From Lama glama (taxonomy: Eukaryota), in the NCBI GenBank assembly GCA_028534125.1, contig CM052816.1, forward strand, positions 80,478,001 through 80,542,000: a stretch of 64,000 bases of DNA, written 5' to 3'. A model generated the notes under the pieces. The model had not been told where the DNA came from and did no database searches. It saw nothing but the letters and a program-made list of their open reading frames with translations. Positions 39,312-52,429 of this stretch are shown piece after piece. The translations under genes were made by a program, and so were the position numbers. Every line of letters starts with the position of its first letter. The stretch's first letter is position 1.

Positions 39312-39508
39312 ACAGCCTTGGCATCTCCCGGAAGCAAGAGCTACAGCGAGAGAAGTGGGAAAGGAACAACCTGCCAAACAGAAGCCTCTCTCGGCGTTCC
39401 ATCAGCAAAGAGAGATGGGTGGAGACGCTGGTGGTGGCTGACACAAAGATGGTTGAGTACCACGGGAGTGAGAACGTGGAGTCCTACATCCTCACCATCA
39501 TGAACATG
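39312..39508 (+). CDS. ADAMTS12: ADAMTS12 coding exon (exon 4 by human numbering): propeptide end, convertase site, start of catalytic domain; 197 nt, phase 1 to 0
   Basis: Acceptor tttag|AC, donor ATG|gtacgt. Translates (D)[65 protein letters not shown], recognisable as ADAMTS12. Confidence 0.97.
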
Positions 39509-40083
39509 GTACGTCTGACTGCATGGGGGCGGGGGCAGCTGGTGAAGAGATGTCATTAGAAATGAGAACACGAGACCCCTTTTTGGTCCTTCTAATACAT
39601 ATTTGTATTTATATTTATAAATAAATTCCATGCCTAAATAATTAAGGATGGAAATTCAGGACAAACTAATCTTTCTCTTAAAAATGTGTATCCTAAGAAA
39701 ATTTCTAAGTGTATATTTTCTACTGGTTACTTATCCAGTGACTCGATCATTTTAGTATGTTTTTTTTCTTTTCTCATTGATTTATGCTAGTTCACAAATG
39801 AGTAAATGGAGGCAAAGAAGTAGTAGAACATGATTTCTTCAAGGTAGTTAGAACTAGAACTGGAAATGATAACCCCTAATGTCAAGCTTCCCTCTTGCAT
39901 TGTTGAGGTTTTCTACCTTTTCATTTGACAGTATCTCACTCGTCTTTGCCCTCCACCAAAAACCCCTGACCTGTAAGGTAAGGAATTATTTGAAGGGCAC
40001 TGCAGTTCTGTTTTGTCCCCTCTTCCAGCATTTGTCTAGTGTCTATCCATGTGAGGCTAATGGTTTTCCATTTCTGACTCCAG

Positions 40084-40167
40084 GTCACTGGCTTGTTCCA
40101 CAGCCCAAGCATTGGCAATGCGATTCACATTGTTGTGGTGCGGCTCATTCTGCTTGAAGAAGAAGAG
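40084..40167 (+). CDS. ADAMTS12: ADAMTS12 coding exon (exon 5), catalytic domain; 84 nt, phase 0 to 0
   Basis: Acceptor ctccag|GTC, donor GAG|gtaagg. Translates [28 protein letters not shown], in frame with the previous exon. Confidence 0.97.
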
Positions 40168-40559
40168 GTAAGGAAGAGTCTCCCCGCCACCTGCTTGTAT
40201 CCTCACACCCCCACCTACTTTCTTCAGAAGAGCTCTTGAGGGTACCAGAAAGATGTTCGGAAGCCCATCTGTGTTATTTTCCGGGGAGTCCAGTGATGTC
40301 AAGTGTGAGATGGAGAACATTTCCAAGGTATACATACTTGACATCATCTGACAGTCTTTGTATCTTATAACTCACAAGTCAGATTGACAGCAGTGACTAA
40401 GAATGTCCTACAGTGGAAACAGACTAAATTGTGTCATGGTGGGATGGTTTCAATAAAAGTTAGGAGGGACATGGAAATATTGGGCTTTTTATGCTTTTCT
40501 TTACCTCTTGCATATTAATAATGTCTCCCGGATCTGTGCCCACTCGTCTCCCTGCACTT

Positions 40560-42056
40560 TGCCTTGGGGATTCCATCCATTCTCAGAGACTTACCTGGCA
40601 TCAGTGATGCCTCAAGTCCAGACCTCCTACTTGAGCTCCAGACTCATATTCCATTGCTTACTTGACATCTCATCCTTCATGTGGTCTAGTCACTCAAACT
40701 TGGAAGCTTAGTAAGTTCGAAATGTTTCCTAACTCAAATCATCTCAATCCTGCCTCTCACTGCTCTCCAACCCTGTGTCTTCTCCAGCTCAGTAAATAGT
40801 GCTGTTATGCACTGTTGCATAAGCCCAGAAGTCATTCTTGATTCCTTCTGTTCTTATCTTCAACATTCAACAGCAAGACCCACAGGGCTCCTACCTGCTG
40901 TGGCCACACCACGGTGATGGTACGCAGGTTGGTAAAAGAATTACCCAGAGACAGAGAGGAGTTTAGGAAAATTTAATAGGGACACCGCTACAGGCCAGAG
41001 GGTGGGCATGGAGGGTCTTTTATTGGGGGGAGGGGGCTGTGCACACCAGGAGTAGGGGCTGTGTGATCAGTTTGTGCACAGGTACCTGATTGGTTGCAAG
41101 ATCTGTCAGGGACTTCTCTGAACAATAGGTTTTACGACTTTGGTAAGGGCAAGGTGTGAGGCCTGTCGCCTAGAGTATTGTGAGATGGGCTGTCTCCTGG
41201 GACAATGTTAGGGTAAACACACATCAAGAGATGTTTTTATCCTGTAGAAATGCAGGTATGGTGGTGGTGGTGGGGGTCCTGCAGTGGGGAATTGGAGCTA
41301 AGGTGTCAGTAGGCTCCAGGCACACAGAGAGCCCAGGGGTGGGGGTTTTGACTCCAGAGAATTTCAACCGGCTCCACATTACCTTCAGAATACATCTCCA
41401 CGGTCATTGTGTTGATTTCAACCTTATATCTTGCCTAGATGACCACAGTAAAATCCCAAATGTTCTTCCTATTTTAAGATTCGCCCCCCATCATCCAATC
41501 TCTATGTAGCAGTTAGAATGGCCATTTTAAATACAAATTGAGTTGCTCCACTATTAATAGGTTTATGTCCTTTTTAGAACAAAGTCAACATTTCTTACTG
41601 TGTCCTGCAGAGACTTTCATTATCTGGCCTCCATCCACCTTTCCAGGTTTTCCTTGTGCCACCCTCTGCCTTGCTCCCCGCCTTCGCATTCACTGGACTT
41701 CACGTAGGTTCTGGGACACACAAGGCACTCTTCAGCCTCTTGGCCTGCACACTTGAGGTTCCCAATGCCTGGAACACCCCTTTCCTGGCTCTGCTTGTGG
41801 CTGGCACCTGCTCACCTCTCAGACCTCTATTTAAATGCTGCTTCTTCAGAGAGGTCTCCATGACCAACCTGCCCAAAGCTGGCCCCACTTTCTCTTCTCC
41901 ACCACAGAATGCAGTTTGCTTCCTTTACTGATCCCACCCTCAGCCACTGTCAGAATGTGAACTCCATGAGAGCAGTTGACTATGTTTCTTTATTCTTGTC
42001 TTTATCTCCAACTCTTAACATAGTGCCTGGGCATGAATGAATGAATGAATGAATAA
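40560..42056 (+). mobile_element. L2 LINE 3' portion, interrupted by an LTR
   Basis: gagctccagactcatattcc...cttgacatctc, aatgtgaactccatgagagcag, catagtgcctgg and the (tgaa)n tail. Confidence 0.85.
40896..41378 (-). mobile_element. Solo LTR nested in L2
   Basis: TG...CA termini with flanks ctacc / ttacc; the L2 phrase ggctcctacc|ttcagaatacatc rejoins on removal. Confidence 0.75.
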
Positions 42057-45000
42057 AAAAGGAATGAAACCAAATTTAATGAATGAGTGAGCAGCCAAGC
42101 TGATGGAATGACTCGGCAATCTATAGCACTTTACCAGCAGCTGAGATCTGTGAAGAAGTGTCTCATTCATATCTCCATCAGCAAGGGACCTGAGGTCAAA
42201 ATGCTCAAGTCTAGGTCTATTGTTTTCTGAGCAGAAGCCTCCACAATAGGCTAGGAAGTTTTAAAACAATGATCGCTGGAGCCTGGATCCCTTTTCCTTC
42301 CCCTCTCCCCCACCATCCCTGCTTCCCTTAGTCACTTAACGCATACTTTGGGTTTCCTGGGATACCGATGGATATATTATTTCTCTTCCTGTGAAACTTT
42401 TGTTAAAAAAATTTATCCAAAACTTAGAAATCAGGCAAAACAAAAACCGTGTGTCCTCTCAGTGTGAACTCTCTGATTCCATGGGAAAATAACTTTGGTT
42501 ATTTCTTTGATCAGGGACTAGACATGGTAGAGTTAGGTGTTAACACGCAGAAAACTGATTGAGTGAAAATGGATTTTGTCCAGTAAAGATAGAAGTGACT
42601 GTGTCCGGCAGAGAAGGTAATTCTAAAGGGTATGGTTTTATTGGCCTGGGGAACATTAAATAATTCTGTATCTAATTTAGCAGTCTCATGCCAGCATTTT
42701 TTTGTGGACTATAATTGCATCAGTTTCATGTATCTGCCTTTGAACCAGCTTTGCCACCTGGCCTGTCTCCTTATTAGTGAGTTAAAGAGATCTTGAACAT
42801 GTGCTCACGGAATATTTGTATGAGAGTTACGTTTTTTAACTTTTTGAAATTATACTTTGAAACCTTGGCGTTGCATAATGGTCTAGCGTATGTGTGTGCT
42901 TAGCCACAGGGAGAATAAAAAGAAGGTTCTTTTGGGTGTGAGAAGGAGAAGCCTTCACCATCTGCAGTCCCAACAGTAAGAGTAGTAGGACCTCAAACTG
43001 TGGCTTCCTTACAACCCTGTAACTCTTCCTTCCCAGGAAACAATGCCACCGAAGTCCTGCTGCCAGTGGAATCCTTTCCGAGAACTTGACTGGCTGTTAC
43101 CTCTCTGGCCCCAGCACAATTACATTGTTTTCCTTCTTCTCATCCTTGTTTTTCAAGTGCAACGAGACACAAATGATTTGCTGTTTAAAAAAAAAGCCAT
43201 GTCTCCCTATCTCCCACTTGCCAAGTGTCCTCCCCATTCAAGCTTTTATAGAATCTCCACGTAGTACAAGGTTTACCATTTGGCAACAGAACTGCTAGCT
43301 CACTGGAGAGCTGCAATTCACGATTCCCACTTTCTTGATTCCCAGATCATGGCTCAAGCTGTTCTTCACATCTTTGACTAATGAGCAGCCCCAAAACAAG
43401 AGACAGCCATGAGTCTCATAGAAGTGACTCAACTAACATCCAGGTAGCAGCCACAGGCAGCAAGTACAGTGTGAGGTGCTGCGAGGGGACTGCTCTTGAG
43501 CAGGGAGACCTGAGTTCTAGTCCTGACTCTGTCATCATCCCGTAGGTAACTCTGAGGAAGTCACATCATTGCTCCATCTCTCCTTTTTCTTCATCTAAAT
43601 GAGAATAATAAATGAGGAGTGAGCTGTGATGCACAAACTGTATGTCAAATGCTATGCTAACCACTGAGGGGAGAGATAGGAATATAATAAGTCCTATTTC
43701 TTGATTCTAAGGAACTTAGCATCTCCTGCACAAAGGCACAAGATGGAAAATTTCAAATTGAGATTGTCATGAGTATAAGAAAAAAAAATCCAAAGAGGCA
43801 CCTGGGATAAGGAAGGATACTTGGATGTCTAAGCTGGTTTTTAGAGGATGGGAAGAAATTAACCAGTGAGGAAGGACACTCCAGGTAGAGCGACCTGGAA
43901 GTAAGGGTAAAAGGACCAAGGAATCAGTGTGGCTTCAGATATGAGCTAACTTGCTCTCACTCGTGTCCTCTGTCCCTCCTGCCTGGAATCAAGTTCTCAT
44001 TTTCACTTTATGACCCTAATCCTATCCTTTGAACTTCCATTCTCCTTCAAGGGCTTGGACACAAACTTGGCTTCTAGCCCTTTCCACTTTGTGCCAATTT
44101 ATTCGAAGGCCTCCCTGCTCCACTTTTGGGCCAGGGGTTAAGGATAGGATTGCTCCCTTTCCTCCTAGTCCTGTGAGTGGTTGGTAGTCACAGCAAGCAC
44201 AGATTTATAGTCAGTCTCCCCTCTTTCTAGTCATGTAATAGGTTACTTGACTTGCCTATGTGTCCATTTGTTATTTGGTAAAGAAGAAATGAGAATATTT
44301 ACTTCCTAGGGTTGCTGGGAGACTCAAAGATGCTAATTCATGTAATAGTCAGCATACTCTCTGGCTTGTAGAAACCACTCAATCTGTGTCACTTGCCAGT
44401 ATCAGTCCTGTTCTTACCCTGGTCATCATCATTTAGGTCCACAACAACCCTAGAAACTTGTTACTATTACACTCTTTTCACAGATGAGGAAGCTGTACCG
44501 AAGTCCTTGATGCAAAATAAAAAACCTTAAGGGACAAGACTAGGGTCATATGAAGTTGGAGACTTCCTTTAAGAACAGGGTAGAGATAAAACTGGGAGGG
44601 AAGTGAGTTGGGATGCAGCCAGCCCGGTGGGCCCCAGGTCACTGTGCCCTCAAGGGGTGGAGCTCACAAGCGTCAGGCTGCTGAAGGAGCAGTGGTAGGG
44701 CTGACAGACAGGAAGGTGATGAGTTTTTTCACAGGGAGTATCTCTCTTGGTCTCAGAGTGACTTAATGTTGGGTCACTTCTATGAGACTCTGGAGTTAAG
44801 AGACTGTTACCTTTGGAGATTTAGGCTGGTGACTTCCCCTGCCCCCAGGGTGATTTGTGGGTCTGTAATAACCTCTAGAATTGCTTCTTTATCAAGATAA
44901 ATGCTAAAAATATTGGCAATGAATTTGTATGCTCATTAGCTTTTTAAAAACTCAAGTATCTCTTCAGCTGATAGTCAGATGAGTTACTCCTTAGACACAC

Positions 45001-46208
45001 GGGAAGTTTTCAGGTTAAACTTCTTACTGCTTTTTTGTTCTCTGCCTGTTCTCTTTCTTCCAGGAACCTAAGCCTAGCTAACAGAGAACAATCCCATTGT
45101 GCACTGAATCACGAATTCCCAAGGAAATCAATACATAATTTTTTTTTCATTACAAAGAGAGAGGTTACAAAGAGAACAATTTATAATAAAAAGCCATGTT
45201 CTTGCAAAATAATTTTCTCTCCCCCATTTGGGACTATTTCTGTGAGCCACTGCTGATTTCCTCTAGGTCACCTCCCTGTCCTATTAGGTCACATACTCAA
45301 ATGAATAGATAAGAGGAAGTGGGAAGTGAATTGGACTCGCTTGAGAAAATGAGGTGAGAAAAATGATGAAAGAGTGAAAAGGGAAATCTATTTTTGTTTA
45401 CAAAGGAAATAGGAAAAAAATTAGTGTGGATGGGAGTTTGTTTTGACAAGCCCCGATAATGATGAAGATGCTTTATGGAAAATGTTTAGTGCAAGTCTGT
45501 CTCCCTTTATTCGCTGTGCAACGGAGTGATCTCTCTGACGCTCTTTTGTAAGTTGTGCGTGCTTAGGGCTGCATGGCATTGAGGCATAGCTGATGACTGT
45601 GACCAAGGCTCCTGTGATCAAGTGCATTCAAGAAATTAAGTGAGTAAGTGTTTCTTGGACTTAACTTCTTATGAGACTTGGAGATGAAGAGGCTGAGGGG
45701 GCTGAAAAAAGCTGTGCTCAGTTAAAACTTCCTGGAAGAGTCATGACGTCTAGTAGAAAAGCAGGAAGCTGTCCTTGAGCTTGTGTTAAATGTCACATAT
45801 TGTAGATGAAAGTTCTACACAGGGGCAGGGCACCTAGTTACCAATGCTCAGCAACTCAGTTAGCGGCACTTGCTTTGTCTGTAAGGGGAACGGACAAAAG
45901 CCATAGGGAGAAAGCAAGCAAGATTTTGGGGTGACTTCAGGCCCTAATTTTTTTTTCATCAATGATTATCCCCCAGGTTATTCCAGAACTGCTTTGTAAA
46001 AATGTTGGAGAGTAAGACGAATCCCCTCTGTTGACATCTCTTTACACCCAGCTCCTTTGCGCCTCATTTACTCCTTCCTTCCTCAGGAGTTCTGCTGCTG
46101 GAAAATCTCAACAACCAGGCAGCCCTGGCCCATATACTCGGATGGTTCAACCTGGATATAGTTCTCACTACTGCTCGATCCCCGATTGTTCTCTCTCCTC
46201 CTCATTCC

Positions 46209-46719
46209 TGTCAGGAACTTTGAAGGGTCTTAGATTTTCCTCTCCTTGCAAGCAAACAGGTCATCCTACCATACTTTCATGGATGTGACTCTCGGAGAAG
46301 ACATGAGACTTTTGGGTCAGAGACAAAGGGCTTCATTACTCACAGTACATGGGGCGTGAGCTTCACGTTTGTATCTGTCCCGCTTGTCCCCTAAATCCTG
46401 CAGGGGTGATGCAGGCACCCCAGGTGGATGCTGTGCACACACTGTGTTTTATCACAGCTGAGAAGCCCCAAAATAAGGAAACTCCAATCCCTTAAACGTG
46501 GTTGTAAGAAATTTGTTGAATTTTGCCCCAGAGGAAGCCATTATCTTTATTATCTTAGAAAGCAAGGAAATCTGCCTTCTTCCCTGGAGGGAGACACTAT
46601 CCCTATATGCCAAGGCTGTTTGCTATACAATATCCTTGAAAAAAACACAAAAGCTGTCAGTGCCTTTGTTCAGAAGAGGTCAAGAACACAGGAGACGTGT
46701 ATAAAGCCGTTTCCCGGCA
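46209..46719 (-). mobile_element. Old ERVL-class solo LTR (MER76-like)
   Basis: tgtcaggaactttgaagggtcttagatttt...gggtcagagacaaaggg...attactcacag; TG...CA termini. Confidence 0.65.
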
Positions 46720-46989
46720 GATCCTATTACAGGCAGCAGAATTACTGTTCCATATTTTATGCTTTATTCTTAAACTTCTGGCCCCTTACCTTCCTCTTCT
46801 CTAATCAGCAGATCTTGCCTCTTTGCTAACTCGCCACAGAACCTCTCAGCCACAAAATCTTCACTTTTGTCCGGCTTCATGGATATATGCTTTGCCGTTT
46901 CTCCATTCCTTGAGGAGTGATGGGCGTCCTCTGTTTTGTCGGTACGCTGAGAATGCCAGGCTGTGTGCAGTACTTGATTCAGGCCAGTT

Positions 46990-48495
46990 ATTATTTTTAA
47001 GATACCAGTATTTTTTGGAGATAATTCTAGATTCAAACACAGTTGTAAGAAATAGTACAGAGAAATCCCTTATATCCTCTACCCACTTGCCCCCAATGGT
47101 AACGTCCTGCATAACTTTGGAATAATATCAGAACCAACAAATCGATACTCATATAAACCACCTACCTTATTCAGATTTCACCAGTTTTATAAGCACTGTT
47201 TGGTGTGTGCGTCAGGCGTGTGTTTACATTTAGTTCTTGTCAATTTAACATGTATAGATTTCTGTGACCTTCATCGTAATACAGAACAGTTCCATTACAA
47301 GGATCCCTCTCATGCTCCTCTTTTGTAGATCCTTCTGCTTACAGTCCTAACTCCTAGAAAGCCCCTAGTCTGTTCTCCATCTCTCTAATGTTGTCACTTC
47401 AAGAATGTTATATAAGTGGAATTGTACACTGTGTAATCTCTTGAGATTGGATTTTCCTCATTCAGCGTAATTCTCTTGAGAGCCATCCAAGTTGTGTGCA
47501 TTGAGAATTTACTCCTTTTTATTTCTGAGTAGCATTCCATGGTAGACGTCAGTTTATTTAACCATTCACTCATTGAGGGACATTTTGATCGTTTCTAGTT
47601 TTTTTGCTATTATTCATGAAGCCGCTATAAACATTCCACTACAGGGTTTTATGTGAGTGTAAATCTTCATTTCTCTGGGATAATGTCTAAGCATACAGTC
47701 GCTGGGTCATATGGTAGTTGCATGTTTGGTTTTGTAAGAAGTCTCAAACTGTTTTTCATAGGGGCTGTAGCATTTCACATTCTCACCAACAGTGAGTGAT
47801 CCACTTTTACCATGTTTTTACCATTGTTTGGGTGCTGTCACTAATTTTAATGTTGGTCATTTAGACATATAGTACTATCTCATAGTGGTTTCAATTTGCA
47901 ATTCAATGATTGCAATTAAATGATGGTTAGTGACGCTGAGCATCTTTCCCTGCGCTTATTCGCCATCTGTGTATGCCCTTCAGTGGAGTGTCTCTTCTTG
48001 CCTTTTGCCTGTTTTCTAATTGTTCTTTTACTGTTGAGAGATCTTTATGTATATATAGGTATCTTTTTATATTTTCTGGGTGTAAGGTCCTGTGGCTTAC
48101 CAGTACGTTCTCCCACTTTGTAGTTTATCTTTTCCTCCTCTTCACAACACTTCTCTCAGAGCCAAAGTTTTTCATTTTGACGAGATCCAGATTTTCCATT
48201 TGTCCTTTGCTGGATTGTCTGACTGGTGTCCAGTCTCTGAACTCTTTGCCTAGCTCTCAGGACCCAAGAATTTCCCTATATTTTTTTTTCTAAAAGTTTT
48301 ATCATCTTAACATTTTACATTTCTATCTATGATCGATCTTCAGTTCATTTTTGTGTAAGGTGTGATGTTTAGATCAAGGCTCATGTCTTTCATCAGCATT
48401 TTGTAATTTTCAGGATACAGATCCTGTTCCTGTTTTGTTAGATTTCTACCGTTTTCATTTTCATTGGAACAATGCAAAATGGCATTATTTTTTGA
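46990..48495 (-). mobile_element. L1MC-like LINE 3' portion
   Basis: gagataattctagattc...gttgtaagaaatagtacagag, catttcacattctcaccaacag, tttgcctagc..., ctaaaagttttat. Confidence 0.9.
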
Positions 48496-50283
48496 TTCAT
48501 GGATATTCTTTTAGAGACTTTCTCCCCTCAAAAAACAAATGAACAAACAAACAAGTGTAGGGTTTAAAACAGACCTCCGAGAAATTAACAGCTGATGCTT
48601 TGTTTGATGACCTGCCTTCCTGTCTGCAGGAGCGAGAATTAAGACACCAACCAATGAGGCTGGTCACCAGTTAGAGAACCACAGCTTCATCGAGGAGCCC
48701 TCGTTCTCTTAGTCTTTGATTCAGTCACTGAGCTGAGTGACCATCAGCTAGTTCTTCACTTCTCTGAGGTTTAATTTCCTCTTACACAATGAAAATAGCA
48801 ATGCTTTATTTACAAATAATGCTGAGAAGATGCAATTAAACAAGAGAATATGTGTGAAAGTATAGTAAACGATCAAGAAATGTTTTCTTCTTTTTCTCCT
48901 TTCCTTTTTCCTTCTTCCCTCCACCCACCCCTTTTATTTCCTTCTCTTTTCTTCCTTTCCATCCCTGATTCATGCCTCCTGGCCAGTTCCTTATGGTGGA
49001 GCTGGGATATTTGTTCCAGTAGGGTTTCTATTCTAACGCCAGCTTGACTAGTTGAACAGGAGACTGACTCCCCCGTGGCCAGCCAGCCCCCTAGAACTTC
49101 CCCTCCTCCACCATACGTCATATAATGAATGATATAATGATGAGGATTATTAAATACTGAAGGCTCTTTCTTCTATTTTAATTTTTACACTAAGAGGTTC
49201 AGTGAGTTTTCATGAGTGATGAGCACTTCCTGTGTTCCCATGAAGGGAAAGAGTTCTCTGGTAGTCGGTGTGGGTGAGGGTCCCGGGAGTGCCTCCAACA
49301 GGCACCTGAAGCCTCTCAGGCCCTGTATGAATTGGGTGTGGGCCTTAGTAAAATACATAATACAGAGAAGCAAGCTCATAGTTTTACGTAGAAATCGCCC
49401 AAAAGTTCTTGGGTTATGCCCAGGGTAACAGACTCAGATTAGAGTAGGCCAATGGACGTAGTCATTCTCCAAGGAGAATCCACCTTGTACAAGGGATGGC
49501 TCTGTATAGAGACTCCAAAGAAATGGGGCAAAGGAAAGAAATTTCCCCTTTAGAAATTCAGAGTAAACTGGAGTCCCTCTAGGGCTGATCATCCATTTTT
49601 CCTTCTCCCTCATGTGACAAGCATTTGTCCAGGTAGTTTGGAACAATCCCTCCCCTCTCATCTCCAATAGTAACTGTGGGCCACATAGATGTGACTCAGG
49701 AGCCCTTGAGGTCGCTGGCTGGGGGCATCTGCTCCAGCATTCTAATTGCTGTCAGGTCATCGATGATCCTAACTGGTTAGAAGCTGGAGAGATTATGTCA
49801 TGTTCTGGCCTTCACCCACAGACATCAAACCAAGATGGAAACCATGAGCAAGGAAACATCCAGTACATCCTTGCAGGATGTCTCATGAAAGGAAGAAGCT
49901 TTTTGTTGAAAATCTATTCATTTTGCGTTAGAAATAAAAATGTGTCTTTGGCTTAGGAAGCAGAGTCCCACTAGAAATAGAACTTCAAACAGCTGTTGGT
50001 CTTTGTTGATATATTTTTAGTTTTTCTTCGAGGGCTGCTACTTGTCCCTTGAATGATAATTTCTGTCCTACAGTTCTCCTCTCTACGCTCTTTTAGTAGA
50101 ATGAGAATGATAGTTTAGAGCAAGGGGTTGGCCCAGAGGGTAAGTTGGCCTCCCCAGATTCCTGCCAGGGGTCTGGGGCACCCACCCAGAGCTCATCTCA
50201 CTTGGCTGCTTCTGGAGAGTAATGCAGTGGACACTGATGACAGTAAACTCACCCAGGCCAATCCCTTCCTCTTCTTTCTCCAG

Positions 50284-50408
50284 CAAGGATTGAAAATAGT
50301 CCACCATGCAGAGAAGACACTGTCCAGCTTCTGTAAGTGGCAGAAGAGCATCAACCCCAAGAGTGACCTCAACCCTGCCCATCACGATGTGGCCGTCCTT
50401 CTCACCAG
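50284..50408 (+). CDS. ADAMTS12: ADAMTS12 coding exon (exon 6), catalytic domain; 125 nt, phase 0 to 2
   Basis: Long pyrimidine tract then cag|CAA, donor AG|gtaccc. Translates [41 protein letters not shown](R), containing the ADAMTS FCxWQ and HDVAVLLTR motifs. Confidence 0.97.
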
Positions 50409-52204
50409 GTACCCAGAGACTATGCGGAAGCCAGGGGCTGCAAGGCAGGGAGGGCTGGCAGGTGGTTGCTACTTTTTGGTGCTCTTGGTCATTTAAAAGG
50501 CAGCTTCTATGAACTAGACAACTTCTGACTCCCGAACCAGTCAGGGAGCAGTTAGCAAACTTGCTGAATGTGCACAACTCTCTGTGTTAATAAACTGAAT
50601 CTGCTGGCAAACGCAGACCTCTTTCCTATTCCGATGATGATGTCATCCTTAAAACTGGCTTCTCAGTGCAGCTCTGTAAACAATGAGGAGGCTTGTTTGC
50701 AGATCCTCATTAAAGAGTCCCATAACTCTTAACCAAGAGATTTCTCATTCTTTAAGTTTTTTTTTTTTTAATTTTCTTCAGTTTAGAAACCTGCAAGTGT
50801 CTTTATGGAAATCAGTCCTCCTGGTAAACCCATCCCTGACTGATGCTGAAGACAGAATATGGGGAGAAGGGCCTCCCCTGAGTAGGCAGGGTGGTTTGCT
50901 CGTAACTTTCTCCCTCTGACCCTCACGAAGACACTGTTTTGTTCTCCCTGTGGTGCTAAGCTCACAGGTGTGTAAAGCTAGTGGCCGCTCCTGGTCAACC
51001 CAGGCTCTTAGAAGGCTATGTTTGCTCATTGAGTCAATAAATATTTATTGAGCTCCTGCTGTATAACAGATGCTGCCTTAATCCAGACCAATGAAGTTCT
51101 TACATTAATGGGGGAAGTAGGTGCTCACTAGGCACTTCTGTGCAGATTCAGAGACATCTTGAAATCCAGGGATGTGTAATGGAAGAGGCTCTTCGGCCTG
51201 GCCCTCCAGCCACAGAAAATTTCGGGCACAGGAAGACCCTAGGTGTATGTGTGTTGTCCCTGGGGAGGACAGGCTTCCCCTGAACATCTTGGCTTGACAT
51301 TTGTCCCTTTGACAGGATCATCCCAGTGCATAGGATGCCTACAGGGGATGATAACCAACCCCCACCCTATCCAAGAGTCTGTCTTACCCTGACCTGCAAC
51401 TCCAATGATCAGAATCACTCTTTTAAGTGATGGTATCAAGACTTTGGTTGAATGTAACCATGTTCCAAATTAAGCCCGTGGCATAAACCTATTGCATTAA
51501 GTTCATTAGAACGTATCACATCTGGATTGATCATAGCTCCCCTGGGAAATAGGCTGGTGGGGGTATGGGATGTAAGCACAGGGGCCTTGGGGAGCCAGCA
51601 GGCAGCCAGGGACCATGAGGACCCAGGCAAGTGACCGGGGAAGACTTCGGTGTCGGCAGGACCTGGCTAGAGGGAAGAACCCTGGGTTCTGGGACCAGCA
51701 TTGGCCCCGGGCAGCTGGGTCTCAGCTGCGTCTCTTTGCTCTCCCTGAAAGCAGACGTAGTTTCTCCTCTGATTCTCACGTGCAGAAATGAGTGAGTTAA
51801 TGAGAGCTGGCGTTTGGAGAGAATTTGACATGGGCCAGGCGCCATGCTACAGCTGGTGGAACAAGCATCACTCCATTTAATCCCCACTACCGCCCTGGAA
51901 GTTCATGACCATCAGTCATTCCTCTTGCAGTAAATCTTGCAGTCTTCCACAGATGGGGAAACTGAGGCTTAATTATGTCAGTTGCCCCAAATCTCACTGC
52001 TTTTAACAGGTACAGGTGGGACTTAAATCTAGGTAGTTTGACGCAAATAGACATATTCTTAACTTTTACCCAATAAGAATATGAGGGATCTGCTCTCTTT
52101 TTTTCTTATTACGATTATTTTCCTTCCTTAGAACAGGCGTCTGGTTTCAAGCTTTGACGAACCTCCCCACTAGACGGTGGAGAATATTTCAAGTTCGGAA
52201 TTAG

Positions 52205-52429
52205 GATTTCTCATTACCAACACCATTGGCATTTTGGGTTGGCTAATTCTTTGCTGTGAGTGGCTGTCCTGTGCATTGTAGTATATTTAACAGTATCCCC
52301 CACCTCTATCCATGAGATGCCAGTAGCACCGTCCTCCAAGTTGTGACAACCAAAACTGTCCCCGGACATTGCCAGATATTTTCTAGGAAGATGTGGAGAG
52401 CAAAACCAACCCCTGTGGAGAACCTCTGG
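52205..52429 (-). mobile_element. MER20 DNA transposon
   Basis: agatgccagtagcac...gttgtgacaaccaaaactgtccccggacattgccaga. Confidence 0.88.

Noticed and set aside
39116..39559. 147-aa ORF as a standalone gene with an (ER)n tract
   Set aside because: It is exon 4 plus intronic read-through across the GA repeat. The same applies to ORFs 50128-50496 and 62759-63073.
50083..50577. 164-aa antisense ORF over exon 6, and similar ORFs over exons 7-9
   Set aside because: Shadow ORFs of coding exons with no recognisable motif or independent gene signals.
26583..51035. Scattered isolated AP-1 heptamers (TGAGTCA/TGACTCA)
   Set aside because: Several are expected by chance in 64 kb and are uninformative without clustering or conservation.
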